Of a stretch of 17,577 nucleotides of DNA, positions 1 through 10,419 are shown piece after piece. This DNA is from Chlorokybus atmophyticus (Eukaryota; Plantae; Mesostigma and Chlorokybus algae), in NCBI GenBank assembly GCA_009103225.1, contig RHPI01003352.1, forward strand, positions 1 through 17,577, in the 5' to 3' direction. The notes under the pieces were generated by a model that made no database searches, was not told where the DNA came from, and saw only the letters and a list, made by a program, of their open reading frames with translations. Position 1 is the first letter of the stretch. Each line of letters opens with the position of its first letter. The translations under genes and the position numbers were made by a program.

Positions 1-1448
1 ATCAATGCTTCTAAACATTGTATGGTCAACAAAACATACTTTTATGAAAAACCATATATAATGACATTGTGTTTCAATTTCATAATTGAAATATTGAACT
101 GCAAGATGACGTACACAACCATTATTGAGAATGAACAAGATAGATAACACCTTATCTTAGCTGTATTAAGGTTTTCACGGTAACAACCTTAATACATCAC
201 ATTCATAACATTACTTGCTTACCAATCTTACTTACAATAAATGTGTTGATGAGGTATGAGGTTTGCAACTTGCCGCCATAAGACATTGCAATTGTTCACA
301 TAGCGGTAAAAAGTATGCAATGTAATTATAATTACCGTACGCTAGTGCATACATTCAATGCTACATATGTCATTCACGTTGTTGCTTTTAAGCGGTGGCT
401 ATAGTTTACTGTCATGCGCATACGTTTCAGTGGTGCAACGCATCCATTACGAAGGATTTGGGGTCATATGTCTTGTGTTAAGGCTTAATTACGGTCAGCA
501 TATCGAGGTACATCACGTGCAGCACATACCAAATGCAAGTGTAGCAGCTCGCACTGCTCTCTATGTTTATTAAGACACGTGCATAATAATTGCCCTCAAC
601 AGTGATGCGTGCTTGTTGCGAGTGTCGTATCAGGTGCATGACTATATACACCAATGGGGCAGCTTTGGGAGGATATTGAGTCAACATATATATACATACA
701 TGCATGGGGGACGCTACAACGAGTAAAAGAGGGACAAGGTGCAGCATCATAGGGCCGTAACGAGGTGATGGACGACATCATTAAGCAAAACCGAGATGCG
801 GCACGTCACGATCACATTGCAGTTAATACCCATTGGAGTCCAAGTTGGAACAAACAAAGATTCCTTTTTTGCTCCATAGCTCTCGCGATTGGTGGCCCAA
901 ACTCCGTCCACGCAAACTTTCATAGATCCATAAGAAAGCCCTCAATGAGGGCTTACTTATTTGACTTGTTTTCTTGAAAACTTTGTGGCCTGACACTGCA
1001 TGTACTCGAAGCTGAGCTGACATATATATAACATGTATATACATGCATGGTGGACGCTACAACATGTGAAGAGGGAGAAGGTGCAGTATTATCAGGCCAT
1101 GATGAGTTGGTGGATCGATATCATCAAGAATCGATGGGATTTGGCATGATGCTACCGCAATGCAGTCAACACCGGAATGATCAATTCAGTTTTGCTCACT
1201 TACGGTAACTTTGCGATCGATGGCCCGATATCCCACCCCAGACACTTTCATGAGCTTACAAAGAACCTCTTACCGGGGGCTCTTATATCAACTTACTTGT
1301 TTTCTTCAAAACTTTGTAGCTTGGCATTGTATGTACTCGAACGTGAGCCCACATTCTTTGTAAGAATGCTAATGGCCACCCTTCCGTGGGGTACAAGCAA
1401 ATGACAGCTCATCATCAGCTGACTTGCATGTGTAGCGGCATGCTTACG
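1..1448. repeat. Recent segmental duplication, copy A (partner 15875-17577)
   Basis: Colinear, with about 10 substitutions counted by eye in about 1.1 kb, plus three structural differences (54-bp deletion, TRIM, 343-bp collapse). Confidence 0.95.
698..1340. repeat. Ancient diverged tandem duplication with a 343-bp period (698-1040 and 1041-about 1340)
   Basis: ACATGCATGG at 698 and 1041, GACGCTACAAC and AAGGTGCAG in both units, and ACTTGTTTTCTT-AAAACTTTGT and ATGTACTCGAA in both units. Confidence 0.85.
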
Positions 1449-1789
1449 GTGTTATACGCACGTCCTCTACACTCTGCAAGTTGCCCTTGTTTTGTGCTAC
1501 TTGCTGCCACACATAGTGCTCCTTCCATTGCTCCATGCTACCTACAGCTTTGCTGCTGCCTGCGCCTCCCAATTTTAGAATCTTGGTTTGTGTTAATTTG
1601 TAATAGTTTGTGCGCTTAGCTTTGCCTTAGCCCCCATGTAAAGCGGTGTTTGCTACTGTGTCAATTGCATCTGGCCCCGACAATAGCTTGCTATATAGCA
1701 ACTTTTATGATCTTATATACATTATGCATGATCATATAAGTAACCTTTGAGTATACACTACAAGAGTGTTGTAATGTATACCAATAAGT

Positions 1790-3385
1790 TACCATGTTGA
1801 CAGTACTTCACAGCTGTGCAGCGCATGCTGACTGAGCATGCACAAAACGCAACAGTATACAGTGACGATGTGTGTATTTTCATGACTAGAAGCTATAATT
1901 GCCGTGTGTACATTCCCATACTCACACTGTGCTACGGATAGCATGTATTTTGGCTGCCCTCGGCTTATGAAACCTGTTTAGCCCCGTCCACGTGGCATAT
2001 CGTGGTATGCGAGTATGTGTGTCCTGTCACAGATCTCCAGGCAAACAACGCCCGGGTGTGTCCCGCTGTGCTTACAGCAAGGCAGCGGCGGCGTGGGGGG
2101 CGGCGTGCGGTTGGTTGTCGCTGTCGCTGGCAGGAGGGGTAGACGGAGAGGGTGAGGGCGCTGCGCTAGTCGTAGTCCTAGGATCAAAAAACTGAGTGGT
2201 GACCGGTGGTTGGTGCCACAGCTGGGCGGCGCTTGTGGGATTGGGGACTGAAGTTGCGGAGGAGCGAGCAGCTGTTGGCCCCCCTTGGCAGACAGCCTTA
2301 GTCTCATCTCGCTTGTGGCCTCGCCTGCAGCAGCTGAGGCGCCCCGTCGCTCTCTTCGTCCTTTGTTGTCGCATGTAAGTGCCAACCCTGCCCTTGCTGC
2401 CAAGTCACCCTTCTGGCTGTGCCGTGTTATTGTTGTGGCAACGTACTAGTGCTCTTTTCTGCTGGCTGCTGGGATTCAGTACTGGTGTGGCACCAGTAGT
2501 AGTAATAGTAGTGGTAAGTAGTTTACTGAGAGCGTCAAGCAGTAAACTGCTCCCCACCCGCTTCTGGCAATGCAACTGACATTGACAACGGGGGACAGGA
2601 CATGTTGCCGAGCATTGTGTGCCGTCCACTCTGTGAAATTGAATCCGTCACCATCATTTGACCTTCTGCAGAATCTGATGCATGGCATTAGTAACCCTCC
2701 GCAGCAGGGGAATGTAATGCAGGGTGTCCTTCATCACATCTCTCATCTGTATGCATCCGTACGCATCAGCATGCAGGCGGATAGCGTCTCAATTGGCATG
2801 CTGCTTGTGCCTTCGAGTTACCTGCACCTGCCTACCGTACGTAGTGTCTTGGTTCTTACTTGCTTTTGTCTGTGCTGCCCAGCAACGACACCGAGTTCCA
2901 AACCTGCAATGGACGCTGCCGTGCGCTTTGGCGTGGCGTCTCATGGATGCAGCGTGGGCCAGCAAGTTCCTGCCCGCTTCCCGCTGCTGAAGTTTAATAG
3001 CACAGCACCAGGTCGGCCGAGAGTGCACACCAGGCACATGGTCGCCACACTCCGGCAGTCACAGGCCCGCCGTCTAGTCGCTATGGCGCAGGACAGTCAG
3101 GGAGCCGATGCAGGTATGATGACCTTGCACAGCAGATTCTCTCTCTATATATATACATGAACGCTGGACATCATGCTGATTTGTCCCATTGCAGAGGAGG
3201 AGCAGCCCCGATGGCTGCAGAACCTTCTTCAAGCAATAGCTCGCGTCGAGGCAGGCCTAGCTGGGGTCAAGAGAGACGTAGCTGGGGTCAAGACAGAGGT
3301 AGCTGGAGTCAAGAGAGACGTAGCTGGCGTCAAGAAGGACGTAGCTGGGGTCGAGGTACAGCTTACACCTATTCAGGAAGGCTGG
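1790..3385. repeat. About 97%-identical tract, copy 1 (partner about 6390-7920): upstream region, exon 1, intron and 5' part of exon 2
   Basis: About 36 substitutions and 3 small indels counted by eye up to the heptad array. Identity drops on both sides. Confidence 0.9.
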
Positions 3386-3451
3386 GATGAGTTTTCTGGC
3401 GGTCTCAAACGGCTTGCTGGCAAAGACTTTGAGGACACCACTACTTATTAG
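2909..3451 (+). pseudogene. Truncated paralog of the 7507-8457 gene (exons 2909-3113 + 3195-3451, 153 aa): leader and expanded coiled coil, nuclease domain deleted. Either a pseudogene or a short non-catalytic variant.
   Basis: Same ATG context and the same 81-nt intron (3114-3194). TAG stop at 3449-3451. A residual VLYS (3467-3478) matches 8023-8034, then the sequence jumps to the 3'UTR homolog (3492 aligns with 8552, shared GGGGCGTGTAGGCC), so about 500 bp are missing. Confidence 0.8.
3257..3361 (+). repeat. Five 21-nt coding tandem repeats encoding heptads LAGVKRD/VAGVKTE/VAGVKRD/VAGVKKD/VAGVEVQ
   Basis: Unit (G/C)TAGCTGGNGTC(A/G)AG...x5 read directly from the sequence. The paralog has only two units (7855-7896). 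Confidence 0.95.
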
Positions 3452-4149
3452 TTGTGCTCGCCATCAGTCCTGTACAGCAACATAGTGCGTAAGGAGGCTT
3501 CATGGCAACTTCAGAGTCGAGTTGTGCTGGCGCGGGGGAAAGCTAGGGGCGTGTAGGCCAGAAATGCAATTGCCTTTGTGTATAAAGAAATGCGATGCAG
3601 GGTTTTGCAAATGGGTAGTGCGGTTCTCGAATGCTGATCTATCTGCGTAAGTGCGTGCATGGATGCTTATTGTCCCACAGCACACTATGCACATGTGCAC
3701 GACCTAACAATTGTATGCAACAGTGATGCCAAGGGCTCCGCAGCGTGCGCAAGACCCCATTGACAACTGTGAGACTTGTGTTGCTTGGTTGCCACCTTGA
3801 AGAGTGAGCCGTGTTGTTGCTTTTTGTAACAAGCGCAAGCTAGCTCAACAGGCTGCAACTGTTGTCTGCCCTCGCCACATTATCATATATGTTTGGTGGA
3901 TTGATTAATGTGAAGTGGTCGGTGTGCATGTATTAACATATATGTCAATTGCTTTAGTTTGACTTTGTGTTCGCGTCACTCTCTCTTACACATGCCACCA
4001 CCCACACCCTCACCTGCTGACAGAGAGGCAGGGGTAGAGGAGAAGCGTGGGATAGAGGGGAGAGGGGGAGAGGGAGGGAGTGTAGTCCGCGTGCTCGTCT
4101 GGGCATTTGCTGTCACTGCCGTGTTGCCTGCTGTGAGACCAACCGATCG

Positions 4150-6390
4150 TTGTTGCTACATGTGTATGTACAGGTGGAAGATTGCGTATGCACGTGCATA
4201 GCCTTTCCCATCGCAGCAATGATGCAAAGATGAGCGCACAGCACAAACACAAGCGCAATCCAACAATGCGCACCCAATACAGCCAGGCAGAGCGGGGACA
4301 ACTCTATTATGACAGGGCAAGGCAATAGCTATGTAATTGTGTGCTTTTTCCCTTTGCTTGTGCACGCCGTACGTAACGGTTACCTTTACTATACTTTGGA
4401 GTTTGCTACATGCAACTCTTGTGTATTATCTGCGGTAACCAAGTGCGTGCAGTGTAGTGCGAGGGCGGGATGTTGTTGGGCAAGGGCATGAGGTTATGAG
4501 ATCGACATGAGCGCACAGGTGCCTGCGTGTCCAATCGTAGTAAAGGAGTGACGCAAAAAGAGTGTAACAGCCTGGTGGTGGTGTAAACCTTGTATGCTCG
4601 TATGCAATGCTTGCATGCTATGTCAACACTCTCATGCATGTTGCATAGCACCTTGCATATCATGTACACATGTCAAGTCAATCCCACGGTACCTTGCTCA
4701 CCGCAAATCTTGTTTGTAGGTGAGGCGCCGTGCTTGTTCTTGCCTCCTGCTACCTGATAGCTTGGCAAGCTGCAGAGGGGCCTAGCACACTCTTGCCCAT
4801 TGCTCTCGGTTGCCGTTGCCTTTGTTGCCCATGCTTATGACTGCTTGTTCCTACCGCTCACTTGCTCACGGTGCACTTGATTGACACTATTGCTATTGCT
4901 GCAACTGGATTGCGTGTGCACTTGGCATTGCATTAGCGCACAGAGGGCATACATTATGTATGAACATAGTGAAGCACCCATCGCGGTGTGACACATGTCG
5001 AATTAATATTACACATGCATACGGCATGCGCACATAGGGAGTCGATTTACTATGACTGCTGAGAGTCATTCCAACCGATGTTACGCTAACTAGCTGCAAG
5101 TTGTGCGGATAAGCCATTGTGCATGCATGCCTACTCGGCTCGGGTGGGGTGGTAGTGATGTGGTGAATAGAATGTGACTTATAAAGCATATGAGAATAAT
5201 CGTCACAGTTATGCTCATAGGGCACGGCGCCCAATAGCAGCGTGAGCATGTCATCGAGGCAAGTGTGCGACCAGTTGAGCGCGCAAGCTTTTGCACACCT
5301 TACATACCCATATGCTTCAAATGTGCTTGGGGCAATAGCTGCCAGTCAATTGACACATATGATTATCAAGCCAAGGGGCTTTACTTAATAATCATGGGTT
5401 GCAACCAATGTATTCAAACATTGTATGGTCAACAAAACATGCTGTTTTTTAAATCTATATAACATGCACATTGTGCTTGTAATGTTGTCGTAGTAATATT
5501 TGACAGGACGATGAGTAGTATAAGTAATATTGAGAATGAGCAAAGCAGATAACGTGTTATACTATATGATTTATACAAAGCGTGCAAGCTTTGCACCTTC
5601 GTACATCACATTTGTGACATTGCTTTGCTTACCGATTATGTTTGCAATGAATGCGTTGATGAGGTATGAGGTTTGCAACTTGCCGCCATAAGACCTTGGA
5701 ACTGTTCATATATCGGTAAAAAGTATGCAACCTATACTTTTTATAATGATAGTTCTATATTTATATATAACTATGATCATATCATGGGCCATATCATGGG
5801 GCCATGACCTACAATGGGATTGGCATGATGCTACCGCATTGCAGTCAATACCCGAATGGTTAATTGATTTTTCCTCAGTCACTTGCGGTATCTCGGCGAT
5901 TGGCGGCCCGATATCCACCCCGAAAAAACTCTCTTGGGCCTATGAAGAAGCTCTCATTGGGAGCTCTTATTTTTACGTACTTGTTTACTTCAAAACTTTG
6001 TAGCTTGGCATTGCATGTACTCAAATGCAAGCCCACAATCTTCATAGAAAAACTGATGGGCACCCTTCCGTGGGGTATAAGCAAATGACAGCTCATTATC
6101 AGCTGGCTTGCATGTGTTACGGCATGCTTACGGTGTTACACGCACGTGCTCTACACTCTGCAGGTTGCCATTCTTTTTTGCTGCTTACTGCCACACTAGT
6201 GCTCCTTCCATTGCTCCCGGAGCATGGTCCATGCTACCTACAAACCTGTTGCTGCCTGAGGGTCCAAGTTTTTGGGCCTAGCCATGTCTTAATTTGTGTG
6301 CTTAGCTACGCCTTGGTCCCCATGTAAAGCCATGTGTGCTGCTATATGGCAACTCTTATGCTCTTATGTTTTGTAGTAAGTTGCAACAAA
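4150..6390. repeat. Older diverged copy of the upstream block (homologous to about 14830-17577 and to 1-1790)
   Basis: Shared anchors: GCACAGCACAAACACAAGCGCAATCCAAC, GGTTACCTTTACTATACTTTGGAGTTTGCTACATGCAACTCT, CTACCGCTCACTTGCTCACGGTGCACTTG, AAACATTGTATGGTCAACAAAACAT and CAAAACTTTGTAGCTTGGCATTG, separated by indels and substitutions. Confidence 0.9.
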
Positions 6391-7920
6391 TTACCATATT
6401 GACAGCACTTCACAGCTGTGCAGCGCATGCTGACTGAGCATGCACAAAACGCAACAGTATACAGTGACGATGTGTGTATTTTGATGACTAGAAGCTATAA
6501 TTGCCGTGTGTACATTCCCATACTCACACTCTGCTACGGATAGCATTCATTTTGGCTGCCCTCGGCTTATGAAACCTGTTTAGCCCCGTCCACGTGGCGT
6601 ACCGTGGTATGCGAGTATGTGTGTCCTGTCACAGGTCTCCAGGCAAACAACGCCCGGATGTGTCCCGCTAAGCTCACAGCAAGGCAGCGGCGGCGTGGGG
6701 GGCGGCTTGCGGTTGGTTGTCGCTGTCGCTGGCAGGAGGGGTAGACGGAGAGGGTGAGGGCGCTGCGCTAGTCGTAGTTGTAGGATAAAAGAACTGAGTG
6801 GTGACCGGTGGTTGGTGCCACAGCTGGGCGGCGCTTGCGGGATTGGGGACTGAAGTTGCGGATTGCGAGCAGCTGTTGGCCCCCCTTGGCAGACAGCCTT
6901 AGTCTCATCTCGCTTGCGGCCTCGCCTGCAGCAGCTGAGGCGCCCCGTCGCTCTCTTCGTCCTTTGTCGTCGCATGTAAGTGCCAACCCTCCCCTTGCTG
7001 CCAAGTCACCCGTCTGGCTGTGCCGTGTTATTGTTGTGGCAACGTACTAGTGCTCTTTTCTGCTGGCTGCTGGGATTCAGTACTGGTGTGGCACCAGTAG
7101 TAGTAATAGTAGTGGTAAGTAGTTTACTGAGAGCGTCAAGCAGTAAACTGCTCCCCACCCGCTTCTGGCAATGCAACTGACATTGACAACGGGGGACAGA
7201 TGTTGCCGAGCATTGTGTGCCGTCCACTCTGTGAACTTGAATGCGTCACCATCACCTGACCTTCTGCAGAATCTGATGCATGGCATTAGTAACCCTCCGC
7301 AGCAGGGAATGTAATGCAGGGTGTCCTTCATCACATCTCTCATCATGTATGCATCCGTACGCATCAGCATGCAGGCGGATAGCGTCTCATTTGGCATGCT
7401 GCTTGTGCCTTCGAGTTACCTGCACCTGCCTACCGTACGTAGTGTCTTGGTTCTTACTTGCTTTTGTCTGTGCTGCCCAGCAACGACACCGAGTTCCAAA
7501 CCTGCAATGGACGCTGCCGTGCGCTTTGGCGTGGCGTCTCATGGATGCAGCGTGGGCCAGCAAGTTCCTGCCCGCTTCCCGCTGCTGAAGTTTAATAGCA
7601 CAGCACCAGGTCGGCCGAGAGTGCGCACCAGGCACATGGTCGCCACACGCCGGCAGTCACAGGCCCGCCGTCTAGTCGCTATGGCGCAGGACAGTCAGGG
7701 AGCCGATGCAGGTATGATGACCTTGCACAGCAGATTCTCTCTCTCTATATATACATGAACTCTGGACATCATGCTGATTTGTCTCATTGCAGAGGAGGAG
7801 CAGCCCCGATGGCTGCAGAACCTTCTTCAAGCAATAGCTCTCGTCGAGGCAGGCCTAGCTGGGGTCAAGGCAGACGTAGCTGGCGTCAAGGTACAGCTTA
7901 CACCTATTCAGGAAGGCTGG
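6390..7920. repeat. About 97%-identical tract, copy 2 (partner about 1790-3385)
   Basis: Direct colinear alignment ending at CAGGAAGGCTGG (7920, matching 3385). Confidence 0.9.
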
Positions 7921-8457
7921 CCTTTGGTGTCTGGGTCCGTCAATCGGCTTGTCGGCAAGGAGTTTGAACACAATGTCAAGCAGACACCGGGCATCTACCT
8001 TCGAGAACTGATGGCGGCCCCGGTGCTCTACTCCCAGAAAGACCTGGTGCTTGCTGCGAATGTAGCGCAGGCATCGGGGGTCTTCACCTCTGATGAGTTA
8101 CGCCAACTCCAAGAGTTGGATGCTGTCTTCATAGGGACGGTGGAGTTTGACTGGTCGGAACGGTTTCCGGGGCGCTTGCGTAACGTTCCTCGCGTTTATA
8201 CGTCGCCGATCCTTGTGATGGCAGCGACGGAGATCAGTGTGACGCTGGACGCCACTGACATTGAGCGAGCAGCTCAACGTCGTGACATTTTGCAGAAGCT
8301 GCTACCTGTCACATCGGGCTACCGCCTTATGGCACTCGTGGTAGGTGACAAGCCACAGTTCACAGGTGATAAAGACAAAGAGCTGCTGGCGCTGGCGGAG
8401 CGGCTCAATGTGTTTGTTATCGCCAACGCACAGCTGAAATGGCCACGGTATGCTTAG
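7507..8457 (+). CDS. Two-exon gene (7507-7711 + 7793-8457, 289 aa): putative organelle transit peptide, heptad coiled coil and PD-(D/E)XK-like endonuclease-fold domain
   Basis: ATG at 7507. An 81-nt phase-1 intron (7712-7792) has a CAG|GTATGA donor, a CTGAT branch-like motif and a TTGCAG acceptor, and it joins ORFs 7321-7758 and 7771-8457 in frame (G+AG=Glu). Exon 1 is R/S/A/P-rich and acid-poor, ending RRLVAMA. Exon 2 has GKEFE (7954-7968), ELD (8113-8121) and EIS (8230-8238), then DIERAAQRRDILQK and a hydrophobic strand LMALVVG, in restriction-endonuclease-fold order. The gene model is well supported; the fold call is from motif recognition only. Confidence 0.8.
7855..7896 (+). repeat. Two 21-nt coding repeats (LAGVKAD/VAGVKVQ)
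   Basis: Homologous to the five-unit array at 3257-3361. Confidence 0.9.
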
Positions 8458-10419
8458 GTTATTAAAGTGTATGATTGCTAACATGCTTGCAATGTGCATG
8501 TCATTCATTATTTGTGCACGTGCGCAGGCCTGAACAGGACTTGAGCACATGAGGAGGCTTTGTGGCACATCTAGACCGGAGTTCAATTGGCAGTGGGAGA
8601 TGTCCGGGGCGTGTAGGCCGGCGCCGGTGTGTGCACATGTGTTGGTGGCAATAATGGTATCATTTAGCAGGCAGGAGAGGAGGTCAATACTTATTGGCTC
8701 CATGCTGTACCTATTTGCATAGTTGCTACGACTGAAGCACATCTTGATGCGTGCAATACTTGTTCATGTGTCACAACCATGATGCAAGGGGTGCAAAAGT
8801 TGATGCATTGTCTGCAGCATGGAACTTTCCTGCATCGCACTCGGAGTTTTTATCATCTTCTCCTCCAAGGACAGGGTATCAGGCTGGCAACGAGTGCATG
8901 ACAACATTCACACGCATGCAGCACATGCGTATGAATATTGTGCTTGCAAGAGTGTGACACTCTTGCCAGCTTAACAGAACACATGCTGGCACGTACGCAC
9001 ATGCATGCACGTACATGCGCGCGAAAACATGCGAGCACACAAACACACAGAAGGCACATACTATGGGTGTGACACACATAACGCACAACACAATTGCTCT
9101 CCGTCCCTTGACAGTGCAGTCTTCTTTAACGCAAGCATACAGGTGCGCACACGCGTGCTGGCACTGTGCATGCATAAAGGTGCGCGCATGCACACATGCG
9201 CAATCAACATGTATCTATACATCACTCATGGAAACAAACACGGCTGGCGCAGCGCGCGCGCGCGAGGCAACAAATTATGCACCATTTTAAAGAGTCCCGC
9301 GAGGACGCCACGTTCGTGCACGACCACCGACAACAACCACCACTACCGCCAGCCCACAAACACCGGCATCCAAAGGCGCTGCGCGAGCACACGCTTTACA
9401 ATTTCTAGTTGTTGCTGACAGGGTGAGCATCATTAAAACCATGAAGTTATGGGGTGCATGGGTGAGCTAGCAAAGGTACAGATAGGTCTTGTTGTTGCAA
9501 CAGCAATAGAATCACATGAACAATCGCTTTGACCGCTTGCGCATGTTCGTGCAAGGTAATATGGTAAGACACGCATCGTTGCCTGCCGACCTATGTTGCT
9601 CAAGTGTCACCTACGATGTTGCTCATCAGCTGGTTTAACACAGGTCTCATCCTCCACTCTTTCATAGGCATCCGTGCGCGATGCGGCTATCAGACACGCG
9701 CAAGCAGCTGCAAGCCTTGTACGAGGTGAGAGCTTGACACATCAACACAACAATGCCAACACAACTGCCAGCAAGGGGGGGGACGTACGTGCAGAGGGAT
9801 GGCCTGGAAAGCAACGTTGGCAGGAAGGACATGACAGGACCGACATGGAAGGCGTGTCCGTGCACACGCTGGACGGCATGTGACAAGCTCTCCCTGCAGG
9901 TCCACAACGATACACATGCACATACTCACCCGCATGACCTCACGCGCACACACATGCTATTGTTGATGTGGCGTTTCATCCTGGCGGTGACTGCGGCAAG
10001 AATAATGTAGCCCTTGCAATGCAACGCCACTGTACCATGCCTGAGAGCGCACAAGATCGCCGACGGGTGCACACAACGGACAGCAGGTGTTCCATTGCTA
10101 GAGTGAAACCAGCTCACACGCACACAGCCACAATCACACGTTGGCGTGTGGCTTGGCCAAACCGCATGCTTGAGTATTCGCAACAAAAGGCATTTGTACA
10201 ATACCCAACTCTGGCAACTTAGCGAGCGACGTCACGGAGCTGGACGAAGGCGATGCCGCCGTCGCCAGTGTGGATATCTTTAATGCGCTCCACTACACTG
10301 AGCAAGGAATTATAGCTCAGTCCAACTGAGTGACACATGCTTCACAACAGTGTACAACATGAAGACAGCAGTGTACAGCATGAAGACAACACATGCAAGC
10401 AAACCCAACCTACGAACAG

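Noticed and set aside
3257-3361. CRISPR-like array
   Set aside because: The units are contiguous 21-nt in-frame coding repeats with no unique spacers, in a eukaryotic intron-containing gene.
358-6327. Most short ORFs in the duplicated upstream blocks (e.g. 358-573, 1386-1619, 4010-4273, 4893-5249, 6025-6327)
   Set aside because: The frames are not preserved between homologous copies, the composition is Cys/His-rich like non-coding DNA, and no domains are recognisable.
8985-9265. Alternating purine-pyrimidine (Z-DNA-prone) tracts and the ORFs overlapping them
   Set aside because: Low-complexity GCAC/ACAT/GC repeats occur throughout this sequence, and the C/H/M/V-rich ORFs are compositional artefacts.
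9217-9740. BED zinc finger for the putative hAT element (IMHHF..., ARCGY..., SCKPC)
   Set aside because: The Cys/His spacing and frames could not be assembled convincingly.
10216-10330. RT-like motif (VASVDIFNAL, + strand) or RRM RNP1-like motif (DIHTGDGGIAFVQL, - strand)
   Set aside because: Each is a single short motif in mutually antisense frames, with no flanking RT or RRM motifs. More likely part of the decayed transposase region or chance.
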